DNA of 39,189 bases from Spirochaetota bacterium (GTDB lineage Bacteria; Spirochaetota; Spirochaetia; Treponematales; Breznakiellaceae): the NCBI GenBank assembly GCA_023398155.1, contig JAEWSV010000338.1, positions 1 through 39,189 on the forward strand, given 5' to 3'. How positions within the stretch are numbered: position 1 is the stretch's first letter; every line of letters starts with the position of its first letter. This document shows positions 16,195 to 23,445 of this stretch, one piece after another. Below the pieces are notes generated by a model. The model ran no database searches and was not told the origin of the DNA. It saw only the letters and a list, made by a program, of their open reading frames with translations. The translations under genes were made by a program, and so were the position numbers.

Positions 16195-16595
16195 GAGATC
16201 GGCCTCCGCACCGGCTTGGCCACGGCTCCCGCGGGCGGCGGCGTGGTGCGCGCCTTCTCGACGTCGCCGTAGTGGACCGAGACCAGATCGGTCGCGGCCG
16301 TGAGGTATTCCCCGCCGCCCTTCGCGTCGCCGTTGAAGACGTAGAGCTCATACACGGTGAGTAGCCTTGCGATGTCACGGTGCAGCGGAAGCGCGAGGTC
16401 GAGCGTCCTTCCTACTATGGAAAGGAAACCTTCAGCCCGGATCATCCCCGCCTCGATGCAGCGCTCGGTAATCGTGTCGTCGTCGTTGGTCAGCTCGCCG
16501 TAGAGTTTGGCGGAGATGGTCGCCTTGACCGCATCCACCGAAAGAGAAGCGGAGGGCGCGTCCTGTGCCGGTAGATCTTCGTAGTTGTCGCTCAT
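16191..16595 (-). CDS. Head-tail connector protein (Mu gp36-like), 134 aa
   Basis: Pattern L..ELTNDDD..I....I..A...AEGFL......L.LPL......L......Y lies downstream of the capsid module. Confidence 0.45.
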   Translation of the reverse strand: MSDNYEDLPAQDAPSASLSVDAVKATISAKLYGELTNDDDTITERCIEAGMIRAEGFLSIVGRTLDLALPLHRDIARLLTVYELYVFNGDAKGGGEYLTAATDLVSVHYGDVEKARTTPPPAGAVAKPVRRPIS

Positions 16596-16640
16596 GACGC
16601 CTCCCTCCGCTGGATTTCGCTAGTGTTTCGTTCCGACGCT

Positions 16641-17087
16641 TCAGGCGTCGCCGATGACCGAAGCGCCTCCGGAACCGGCCGCGGCCTTCGGCTTACGTCC
16701 GGGGCGTTTCTTTTCGCCTCCGGGCGACGCGGCGGCCGCCGAAGGCGTTTTGGGCGCCCGTTTTCGCTGAATGACTCGCGCCTTCGGTTTGCCGTGAGGA
16801 GTGTCCTTAATCGTGGCGATCACCGACTTTTCGCGTATCAGGTAGGCGAGGTACGCGACGGCGCAACAGAGAGCGCCCGTCACCGCGAAGAGGAACACGA
16901 GCAGCACCTGGATGCCGCCCAGCACTTTGATGACGGTCGCATCCGCGGACGGAACCGCGGACGGAACCACGGGCGCTACCGCGAGCTCGGCAGCAACGGG
17001 CGCGGCCGCCTCCGCCTTGGCCGCGAAGATCGGTGCGCTGATGAACACGAGCATCAGGGCGAGGGAGAGGGCGAAGAACTTCTTCAT
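16641..17087 (-). CDS. Membrane/secreted moron protein (148 aa): signal peptide, Ala/Pro linker, one TM helix, basic tail
   Basis: MKKFFALSLALMLVFISAPIFAAKA..., TM GGIQVLLVFLFAVTGALCCAVAYLAYLI, then a K/R/P-rich C-terminus. Strong SD (AAAGGAG). Sits between capsid and connector genes behind a hairpin. Confidence 0.6.
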   Translation of the reverse strand: MKKFFALSLALMLVFISAPIFAAKAEAAAPVAAELAVAPVVPSAVPSADATVIKVLGGIQVLLVFLFAVTGALCCAVAYLAYLIREKSVIATIKDTPHGKPKARVIQRKRAPKTPSAAAASPGGEKKRPGRKPKAAAGSGGASVIGDA

Positions 17088-17108
17088 GATGTCTCCTTTA
17101 ATTAGAAA

Positions 17109-17140
17109 GGGCCGCCGTCGATTCGTTCCGGCGACGGCCC
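17109..17140 (-). terminator. Stem-loop followed by UUUCU downstream of the capsid gene (attenuating terminator)
   Basis: Minus strand reads GGGCCGUCG...CGACGGCCC, then tttct. Confidence 0.4.
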
Positions 17141-17234
17141 GGTTGTATTTGCGGTCCGGTTTACCGGATTCCGCGTCGTAGACGCTGGACTCGGAAACTC
17201 CGTCAGATCCGCGCGCCTCAAAAGGGGATCAGAC

Positions 17235-18224
17235 TCAGGCGACGACCTTGCGCTTCCTCATGGCGGCCAGGACGGGGGCGGGCAACGGCTTGGAGTTGCC
17301 GATGATCTTGATCGCGCTCGGGTCGTCCATGACCTTCACCTTGGCGAAGAACGGCATGGGCGCGAGTCCGGCCTCGAAGTCGTCGATGGCCAGGTAGAAC
17401 AGGGTGTGCGGCGCGCCGACGTCGATGGTCTGGATGTACTTGTCCGGGATGACCGGCGTGGCGGCCGCGGATCCGGGCTTCTTGTAGGTGACCGTCATCG
17501 GGACGATCTTGTACTTCCCCTCGAGGACCAGGCCGTCGGCGACGAATTGGCCGGGGAACGTCTTGAGATCGGTGATGACGTTCAGGATCTTGGTGTAGGC
17601 TGCGGAGCTCGTGAGGAAGCGGATGTCGGCCGCGAACCCGCTGCCCTGCTGTTCCACGTACATCTCCTCCAAGACCTTGCGGATGTCTCCGTAGGACATG
17701 TTGGTTATGTCGACGGCGTCCATCGTATCGATGGCGCCGTAGTCCACCTTGTAGCTCTTGAGGGCGCCGGACTCGGTGGTCATGGGGTAGTCGATCTTGC
17801 CGCTCAGGGACTGCGCGGCCATGATCTCGGTGCCCTTCCGGCAGATGCCGCGAAGGATCTCGATCTTCTCCGAGGAGAAGGATTCCACGCCCGCCTCGAT
17901 CCCCATGGCGATGAGATTGTTGAGCTCGGCCGCGGAGATGGTCAGCGAAGGATTGAACGCCTCCGGATCGATCAACAGCGTGGTGTTGTCGCCGCCGTCG
18001 ATCGGCTGGGACCGGGTCCCCTTGCGCACCACGGGAACCGCGCCGGTGATATCCTTGATCTCGCTCAGCGGCAGCATGCTGCTGTTCCGCTGCTTCCGGC
18101 GGGATTCCGGATACACGAGGTCCATGATCGGCGTCTGGAGCTTCGGCAGAAGCCTGAGGAGGCGCGCGACCTCCGCGGGGGTGAAGTACCGCCTGAGGGC
18201 GGTGATGACGGTCTGGTTGATCAT
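17235..18224 (-). CDS. Major capsid protein (lambda gpE-like family), 329 aa
   Basis: N-terminus ...RYFTPAEVARLLRLLPKLQTPIMDLVYP, plus size and position after a decoration-like protein. Confidence 0.75.
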   Translation of the reverse strand: MINQTVITALRRYFTPAEVARLLRLLPKLQTPIMDLVYPESRRKQRNSSMLPLSEIKDITGAVPVVRKGTRSQPIDGGDNTTLLIDPEAFNPSLTISAAELNNLIAMGIEAGVESFSSEKIEILRGICRKGTEIMAAQSLSGKIDYPMTTESGALKSYKVDYGAIDTMDAVDITNMSYGDIRKVLEEMYVEQQGSGFAADIRFLTSSAAYTKILNVITDLKTFPGQFVADGLVLEGKYKIVPMTVTYKKPGSAAATPVIPDKYIQTIDVGAPHTLFYLAIDDFEAGLAPMPFFAKVKVMDDPSAIKIIGNSKPLPAPVLAAMRKRKVVA

Positions 18225-18239
18225 GTCGTTGCCGCCTCC

Positions 18240-18605
18240 TTACGCGGCGTAGATGCCGCGCGCGGCCAGGGCGGCGATGGCGGCGGCGCTGGGGGCGGTC
18301 ACTCCGTCGGCGATGAGGAGCTTTTCCTTGCGGACGACGCCGTGCACGGCGACGGATTCGACATCCACCTCCGCAACGTCGGCGACGTCTTCCAGGAGGA
18401 CGGCGCAGGCTTCGTCCGCGTCGGCTCCCTCGACGGTATCCAACACCGGCGTGTACTCGCCCGCTCCGGATACCGTCAGCTTGAGAAGCATGCCGGCCTT
18501 GAGGTCGGTGAGCCCTTCGGCGAAGGTGCCCGCGAGCACGATGTGGTGATCGCCGTGCAGGATGCTCGCCTGCGTGGTGGTGACCTTTCCGATGATTGCG
18601 TTCAT
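18240..18605 (-). CDS. Head decoration protein (lambda gpD-like), 121 aa
   Basis: Size, position between scaffold and capsid genes, and the C-terminal ...LAARGIYAA pattern. Confidence 0.55.
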   Translation of the reverse strand: MNAIIGKVTTTQASILHGDHHIVLAGTFAEGLTDLKAGMLLKLTVSGAGEYTPVLDTVEGADADEACAVLLEDVADVAEVDVESVAVHGVVRKEKLLIADGVTAPSAAAIAALAARGIYAA

Positions 18606-18614
18606 GTCGTCTCC

Positions 18615-19676
18615 TTACGCGTACGCCGTGAGGCCGCCGAGCGAGGCGCCCTTCTTGGCGGCGGGATCGCTCGGGTCGCTGAGCATGATCTCGCCCCGGA
18701 CCACCTGTTCGGGCAGGGCTTCCAGAATCTTCCGGAAGACGTCGAAGGCGGATTCCTTCTCTCCCGACTGCGATTCCTTCCCGTCGGACAGCTCGATGAT
18801 GTCGGCGATGGGGAGGCTGTCGGCCAGGGCGATCAGCTCTTTCTCCAGGCCCTTGGGGATCTTCCCTTCGGCGGCCTTGAGGAGCGCGTCCTTCTTGGAC
18901 TTCCGGAGGCCCGCCATGAGGGAGGCAAGCCGCGGGTCCGCCGGGCGGTCGGAGAGCTCGATAGCCTCGTCCGGGTACTTTTCGGCCAGCCGCTTGAGCT
19001 GGTCCTTGAGCCGGCCGACTTCGGCCGTCAGCGCGGGGTCGGCTCCCGGCTTGGCGCCTTCGGCCGACTTGGCCTTCAGGGCCGCGTATGCGGCCGCGGC
19101 GGTTTTCTTCTTGGCCTCGTCGGTCATCGCCGCAATGGCCTCTTCAATGGGATCCATCGAGTCCTCCTTGTGGGGTTGCGCACCGGCATCGCCGGCCTCG
19201 TCGTTCAAATGCATGGTTTGGTTGTCGGGGTTGGGGAACATGTCCGCCTCGGGACAGTCCGAGAGCTTGATGGCGTCGGGGATACCGAGTTCCCGGAGCC
19301 CCTTCACCGCGCCGGGCTCGGAGCCGCACATCTTGAGATGGTGAAGATATCGCTTGCCGTCTTCGGCTCTCCGGGGCGCGCCGATGGACCAGGTAGGGTA
19401 TTGCCCTTTTTCGTAGGCGCTCTGCATGAGGTCGTTCAAGGTGACCACGCCGAAGAGGCCGGTCTCTCCCGGCCGTGATTCGCTGGGGCCGCTCCAGAGC
19501 TTATCCACGGTTCCGAGGGCGGGGGCCCAATCGGCGAGGGCGTGCGGCCAGATCGTGACCGCCGCGCTCTTGGGAGCGTAGGTCTCCACGATCTCGTCGA
19601 TATCCTTCTTCGTGACCACCGTGCCCTTCTGCCCGTGTACGCCGGTCCGGCTCAGCTCCAGTTTCTTCGTAAGCAT
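18615..19676 (-). CDS. Capsid scaffold / prohead protease (P2 gpO / Mu I-like), 353 aa
   Basis: N-terminus LELSRTGVHGQKGTVVTKKDIDEIVETYAPK resembles gpO FFRIGVEGDT.DGRVISAQDIQEMAETFDP. The C-terminal half is acidic and helical. Confidence 0.6.
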   Translation of the reverse strand: MLTKKLELSRTGVHGQKGTVVTKKDIDEIVETYAPKSAAVTIWPHALADWAPALGTVDKLWSGPSESRPGETGLFGVVTLNDLMQSAYEKGQYPTWSIGAPRRAEDGKRYLHHLKMCGSEPGAVKGLRELGIPDAIKLSDCPEADMFPNPDNQTMHLNDEAGDAGAQPHKEDSMDPIEEAIAAMTDEAKKKTAAAAYAALKAKSAEGAKPGADPALTAEVGRLKDQLKRLAEKYPDEAIELSDRPADPRLASLMAGLRKSKKDALLKAAEGKIPKGLEKELIALADSLPIADIIELSDGKESQSGEKESAFDVFRKILEALPEQVVRGEIMLSDPSDPAAKKGASLGGLTAYA

Positions 19677-19708
19677 GCCCGAATCGTACCAGCGACCGGG
19701 GGCCGCAC

Positions 19709-19723
19709 GCTCAAGCGTAGATA
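19709..19723 (-). promoter_or_regulatory. Candidate late-promoter element TATCTACGCTTGAGC upstream of the head/tail arm
   Basis: 13 of 15 nt match TATCCGCGCTTGAGC at 31271-31285 upstream of the lysis/packaging arm. Both are preceded by TTT and lie just downstream of a terminator. Confidence 0.5.
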
Positions 19724-19761
19724 AAGGGTTTTCGGGATTTCTACAAATAAAATAGAAACAA

Positions 19762-19789
19762 GAAAGCCCCGTCAGGGGACGGGGCTTTC
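19762..19789 (-). terminator. Rho-independent terminator after the secreted-protein gene
   Basis: GAAAGCCCCGTC aggg GACGGGGCTTTC, followed on the minus strand by ttgtttctatttt. Confidence 0.75.
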
Positions 19790-19815
19790 TTGGATACCGA
19801 CTATCTAGCGATCTA

Positions 19816-20262
19816 TCATTGTCTTGTTCTTAATTCGTCATGCAGCGCGACAGGGTCATAATCTTGAGGATACAGGCGGAACTGCGCGGTCTTCGCCTCC
19901 GAGTAGACAACCAACCAGCCCCCTATAGTTTGCCAGAACAATGAAACCTTGATCTTCCCAGTTTTGAATGGTCTTCCATACTTTTCGATAAGTGTATCGA
20001 TGATATCGTCGGTCGACATTGATTCCGATTGAAACTCGATCATAGAAAGCATTCGAAGTTGGAACAGATATTTGCTCTGAAATGGGTGTCCCCAAAGTGT
20101 CTTTTCATACACGAGGGCCGCATCCTCTTCCGCTATTGGGGCACCCTCCGCCTTGATCACTTGATTCTTTGTCCCATACCACGCCGCCTTCATATACTCT
20201 TGAGCCCCGGCGGAGGTAGCCGCAAGGATCAATAACAGGGGAATAACGCGGTTCATGGTCAT
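19816..20262 (-). CDS. Secreted protein of unknown function (148 aa) next to the repressor
   Basis: Start at 20262 follows AAGGAG. Signal peptide MTMNRVIPLLLILAATSAGAQE. Visibly AT-richer than the phage backbone, with its own terminator. Confidence 0.6.
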   Translation of the reverse strand: MTMNRVIPLLLILAATSAGAQEYMKAAWYGTKNQVIKAEGAPIAEEDAALVYEKTLWGHPFQSKYLFQLRMLSMIEFQSESMSTDDIIDTLIEKYGRPFKTGKIKVSLFWQTIGGWLVVYSEAKTAQFRLYPQDYDPVALHDELRTRQ

Positions 20263-20463
20263 TCGATGGCTCCTTCTTTCGATACCAGCCGTTTCATCAA
20301 AAATATACCCGGCCCGCCATAACACCTGAAAAGTTGTCTTCGTCGGTCATCGTCTTCGCTGTATTTGCGCGCTCAGGCCGATTTCTGGCGTTCAATTCGC
20401 GTTCAAGGCTAAAACTAGTACCTCCGGAAGACGGACCGGTTTCGGGCCGCTCTTGGCGATTAT

Positions 20464-21195
20464 TCAGTACGGATGCTTGTGAAGCCATCCGATCACCTTC
20501 CCCTCGATCTTGACGGCCTCCATGTCAGCCCCCTTGAGCACCCGCGGCGCATAGCGTTCGTTCTCGCTGATGATGCGAATCTCCGCTCCGAAAGGGTCAA
20601 ACTCCACGCGCTTCACGAGCAGCTTGTCATTGATGGAGAGGACATAGACGCCGTCTCCAGGATCGTCGATCGGGACGAAGAATACCACGTCCTCGTCGAA
20701 AAGCCCGATCTTTGTCATGGAGTCGCCTTTGACCTTGAGAGCACGAACGGTCGCTGGATTATAGGGAGCCAGGAAGCTTGTGATGATAGGGATGGGGCGC
20801 GTAGTTTGATACTCCGCGATGTCGTGTCCGGGGCCTGCTGAAACTTTTGAATTGTAGAATGGAACTAAGACGATATCGGAATCCTCTGAGGAAAGGCTCA
20901 TTGGAATGACGTGTCTCCCGCGTAGTTGGATGGCATCCGATGAGTCATTAGATTCTACCGTTGATAAAACTATCTCTGGCCGCAAGTGCATTTCTCCACG
21001 CCCTGTTAATATCCAGTTCGAATCGATACCAAACACATTTGTGATTGCCGAAATTACATCCGCCCTTGGGATCGTTCCTCTTTGGAATAAATTGCTAAAA
21101 GTGCTTTGATTCAAGCCAATTTTTGCCGCGAAAGCGGTATCTGAGAGCTTTGTTTCATCAACTACTAGCCGAACGCGAGCCAGGATGTCATTCAT
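20464..21195 (-). CDS. CI/LexA-like phage repressor (HTH plus S24 peptidase), 243 aa
   Basis: N-terminal HTH LSDTAFAAKIGLNQSTFSNLFQRG. C-terminal KVKGDSM...LLVKRVE carries the Ser/Lys autocleavage motifs. Confidence 0.85.
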   Translation of the reverse strand: MNDILARVRLVVDETKLSDTAFAAKIGLNQSTFSNLFQRGTIPRADVISAITNVFGIDSNWILTGRGEMHLRPEIVLSTVESNDSSDAIQLRGRHVIPMSLSSEDSDIVLVPFYNSKVSAGPGHDIAEYQTTRPIPIITSFLAPYNPATVRALKVKGDSMTKIGLFDEDVVFFVPIDDPGDGVYVLSINDKLLVKRVEFDPFGAEIRIISENERYAPRVLKGADMEAVKIEGKVIGWLHKHPY

Positions 21196-21222
21196 GCTTT
21201 CCCCGAAAAAAACCTAATTGGG

Positions 21223-21251
21223 TTGACAATAAACACCGATGGGTTTATTGT
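21223..21251 (+). promoter_or_regulatory. Early promoter (TTGACA-17-TATTGT) with an embedded palindromic operator
   Basis: -35 at 21223-21228 and -10 at 21246-21251. The 9-bp inverted repeat ACAATAAAC (21226-34) / GTTTATTGT (21243-51) spans the spacer and -10. Confidence 0.65.
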
Positions 21252-21277
21252 GTTCGAGGTGGCCCTAAATAGGGCCG

Positions 21278-21300
21278 AAAAGTGCCACTCTGGCACTTTT
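21278..21300. other. Perfect 10-bp inverted repeat AAAAGTGCCA ctc TGGCACTTTT (bidirectional terminator/attenuator or protein site)
   Basis: Lies about 25 nt downstream of the early promoter. A/T runs on both sides give U-tracts in either direction. Confidence 0.45.
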
Positions 21301-21326
21301 GCGAAGCCCGAAGCAACGCCCGATTG

Positions 21327-21332
21327 ATTCTA
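21327..21332 (-). promoter_or_regulatory. -10 element TAGAAT (minus strand), fourth copy of the cargo-promoter motif, facing the repressor gene
   Basis: Minus strand reads CCGATAGTAGAAT, compared with TCGTGGTAGAAT in the cassette promoters. Possible -35 TAGTCA lies 17 nt upstream. Confidence 0.4.
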
Positions 21333-21574
21333 CTATCGGACGTTTCGCTTGACTATTGGAAGTTTTTCCAGCGGGAGCGCGCCTGAATGAAGGCTCCGCT
21401 CCACGCGAGGGTTCATTGACAGCGAAGCATCGATCTTCTGAACGCCCGGTACCGTCGGCCGCGCGCGTCCAAAACCCAATACGACGGAACGTGCGGCCGC
21501 GACAGTCGGACCTCAAGTCCGGGAGTGCGATGCTCCGGCGGCCGCGTTAGCCCCGAATGGGGAAAGGAGCATGT

Positions 21575-21844
21575 ATGGATGCTATTCATGACGAGTTCCT
21601 TGAGGAGCCTTCGGCAACATCAAGGAAGAAAAGAGAAGTTGTTGAGCTATTCAGCCTTCTGGTCTACAAGCTGGATGGGAGCCTTAAAATCGCATCGAGA
21701 ACGAGCAGCGGGCCTTTCGAAAACGCGCTCATTGTTGACGTGGCCGGCAATCGATATTCGGTGGTGGGCGTCGATGCGGATGAGACGGGCACGGCGTTGC
21801 AAATCAGGATGGAAAAAAAGTCATATCGGCCGGACCCAAGGTAA
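21575..21844 (+). CDS. Hypothetical protein (89 aa), first early-leader ORF
   Basis: ATG at 21575 lies 5 nt after AAGGAG. Converges on the 21859-22260 gene with a 14-nt gap. Confidence 0.5.
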   Translation: MDAIHDEFLEEPSATSRKKREVVELFSLLVYKLDGSLKIASRTSSGPFENALIVDVAGNRYSVVGVDADETGTALQIRMEKKSYRPDPR

Positions 21845-21858
21845 ATTGCCGGGGCCGT

Positions 21859-22260
21859 TCAATCCTTCTGCGTCTTGCCTTCCCTAAGGACGGTGTTGAT
21901 CAACGCATTAGCCATGTCATCCTCAATCTTGCGCCTTTTCACCTCTGCTTTTGAGCGATCCAAGCGAGCCTCATGGGTGATGATTGTTGCCATCTCTTTC
22001 CATGTATAAGCGTCATACCCGAGAATCCCGTACTTCTGGCGTGCTTCGGCAACCGATTGTCTCGAAACAAGGATTATAACCGATTCCATATCCTGGTATT
22101 CCATCAAGAAATCGTAATAAGCCCGCAGGATATGCCGATAAGGCGATCGCTTGTGTGCCACCGACGCATCGTGGCGGTTGGAGCAAAAACATCGCGTAAC
22201 GAGGCCATAAGCCAGCACCTGCGCGATTTGTTCTAAATCCATCGAATCGACCTTCGCCAT
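21859..22260 (-). CDS. Cargo cassette A protein (133 aa), unknown function
   Basis: GGAGG SD with its own TGgTACAAT promoter. No motif recognised. Confidence 0.6.
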   Translation of the reverse strand: MAKVDSMDLEQIAQVLAYGLVTRCFCSNRHDASVAHKRSPYRHILRAYYDFLMEYQDMESVIILVSRQSVAEARQKYGILGYDAYTWKEMATIITHEARLDRSKAEVKRRKIEDDMANALINTVLREGKTQKD

Positions 22261-22290
22261 GCCTCTCTTCCTCCGCTCACGAGATGATCG

Positions 22291-22350
22291 ATTGTACCAC
22301 GACGTAGCCCCTAGAAAGCAAAACCCCGCCCAGTGAGGCGAGAGGGGCGC
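22291..22350 (-). promoter_or_regulatory. Cassette A module: imperfect hairpin plus U-run, then extended -10 promoter TGgTACAAT
   Basis: Minus strand reads ...GGGCGGGGTTTTGCTTTCTAGGGGCTACGTCGTGGTACAATCG. The -10 is at 22296-22291. Confidence 0.55.
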
Positions 22351-22361
22351 AAAGGAGTTGT

Positions 22362-22745
22362 CTATGATCGAATCAAGGCATCACGGAAGAAATCGTGAAT
22401 CAGTTCCGGCGTGTTCGCGCCTGGCGGAAGACGAATCCCGCCGCGGGCGTCCGCCGAGCTCCGAAAAAAGTCATTCGCGCGGAGCAGACGGAACACCAGC
22501 AATATCTTCAACTCTGTCGGAGCTTCGGAGAGGATTCCGGCTCTTTCTTCGGGATTGGAATCAAGGATTTTCAGAACGAACTCATTCAGTTCCTTCCGAT
22601 TGCGCTGCTCTCTTTCGGGAAGGGTTCTTCCTGCTTCCTGAAAAGCACCCCAAACCTTTTCAATCTCCCTCATCGGGAACACCTCTTCCCGAAACGAGTC
22701 CCACTCCAGAAGAACGGAGCTAGTTAGGATAAATTGCTCGGCCAC
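22362..22745 (-). CDS. Cargo cassette B protein (127 aa), unknown function
   Basis: GTG start at 22745 after GAGGG. Its own TGgTAGAAT promoter has the -10 at 22787-22782. Confidence 0.55.
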   Translation of the reverse strand: MAEQFILTSSVLLEWDSFREEVFPMREIEKVWGAFQEAGRTLPEREQRNRKELNEFVLKILDSNPEERAGILSEAPTELKILLVFRLLRANDFFRSSADARGGIRLPPGANTPELIHDFFRDALIRS

Positions 22746-22781
22746 GTATTCACCCTCATACCGCTTTCGAACTGATATCCC

Positions 22782-22937
22782 ATTCTACCACGACCTATTC
22801 CCCTAGAAAGAAAAACCCCGCGCCGTAAGGCGCGGGGATCCAACAAAAACGCCCGCTACACCCCAGCTTTGAACGGGCAAGGTGTAACGAGCGAAAGGAT
22901 GGAAAGAGTATGCAGCAGAAATTGCGCGATGTCAGAC
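22782..22937. repeat. Repeat copy B (~156 bp): minus-strand promoter and terminator plus a plus-strand ner-type translation start
   Basis: Roughly 85 percent identical by eye to 23446-23601. Contains hairpin CCCCGCGCC gtaa GGCGCGGGG (22816-22837) with a minus-strand U-run, then AAGGATGGAAAGAGT-ATG-xAG-AAA-TTG-CGC-GAT-GTC. Confidence 0.8.
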
Positions 22938-23149
22938 AAGGAGGAATAGCCATGAACGAGGAAGCGCCATTTGACGAGCCTGTCGATGCCGCAATCCGGG
23001 CTGCGTATCTCAAGCCGAGCCCCATGAACGCCGTTGAAATCGCGTCGCTCGTCAAGAACATGTTCGGAATAGAGCTGGGCGTGGAACGCATCAAAGCGCG
23101 CTTGGCATCGTTACCCCCTCATCTCGTCGGGTATTACCAAGGGGCGTAG
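22910..23149 (+). CDS. Hypothetical small protein (79 aa; alternative start 22952 after AAGGAGG)
   Basis: The first 8 codons (MQQKLRDV) duplicate the Ner-like gene start (MTQKLRDV). Its stop lies 3 nt from the stop of the convergent gene 23153-23410. Confidence 0.5.
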   Translation: MQQKLRDVRQGGIAMNEEAPFDEPVDAAIRAAYLKPSPMNAVEIASLVKNMFGIELGVERIKARLASLPPHLVGYYQGA

Positions 23150-23152
23150 GGA

Positions 23153-23410
23153 TCATAATCCGGAAGAGAGTGTCTCCTTAAGGGAATCGAGGAGCTTGCG
23201 CTCTTTGAAGTATCCCTCCGGGCGAAGTTTCAACAAGAAAAGGGCGCGGATCAATGAGGCCATGCGCTCGGCGGAATTCACGCCTGCTGCGAAGTCAATG
23301 GATCGGTCGAGGTCGCCAAAGTCGGTATCCTCCGAAACGAATTCCTTCCGGGAAATCGCAAAGGACTTGATGGCGGCAGAGGCGATTAGCCGTGTCTCGT
23401 CATTCGTCAT
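23153..23410 (-). CDS. Cargo cassette C protein (85 aa), unknown function
   Basis: AGGAGG SD with its own TGgTAGAAT promoter (-10 at 23451-23446). Confidence 0.55.
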   Translation of the reverse strand: MTNDETRLIASAAIKSFAISRKEFVSEDTDFGDLDRSIDFAAGVNSAERMASLIRALFLLKLRPEGYFKERKLLDSLKETLSSGL

Positions 23411-23445
23411 TCAAAACCTCCTCTATATGGCTTGTTCAGCTCCAG

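Noticed and set aside
15530-16378. 5' 283 codons of the 434-aa ORF 15074-16378
   Set aside because: This part overlaps two well-supported genes in another frame and is Arg/Pro-rich. The real gene starts at the ATGA junction at 15529.
17406-19478. Very long antisense or off-frame ORFs (17406-19478 plus, 26696-28027 minus, 24995-26110 minus, 4010-5059 plus, 11744-12619 plus, 14250-15113 plus, and others)
   Set aside because: They are Arg/Gly/Pro/Ala-rich, low-complexity translations typical of the wrong frame in GC-rich DNA. Each is fully overlapped by a gene with recognisable motifs on the other strand or frame.
21291-21305. TGGCAC...GC as a sigma-54 promoter
   Set aside because: The GG to GC spacing is about 3 nt too short for the -24/-12 consensus. 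The TGGCAC is one arm of a perfect palindrome.
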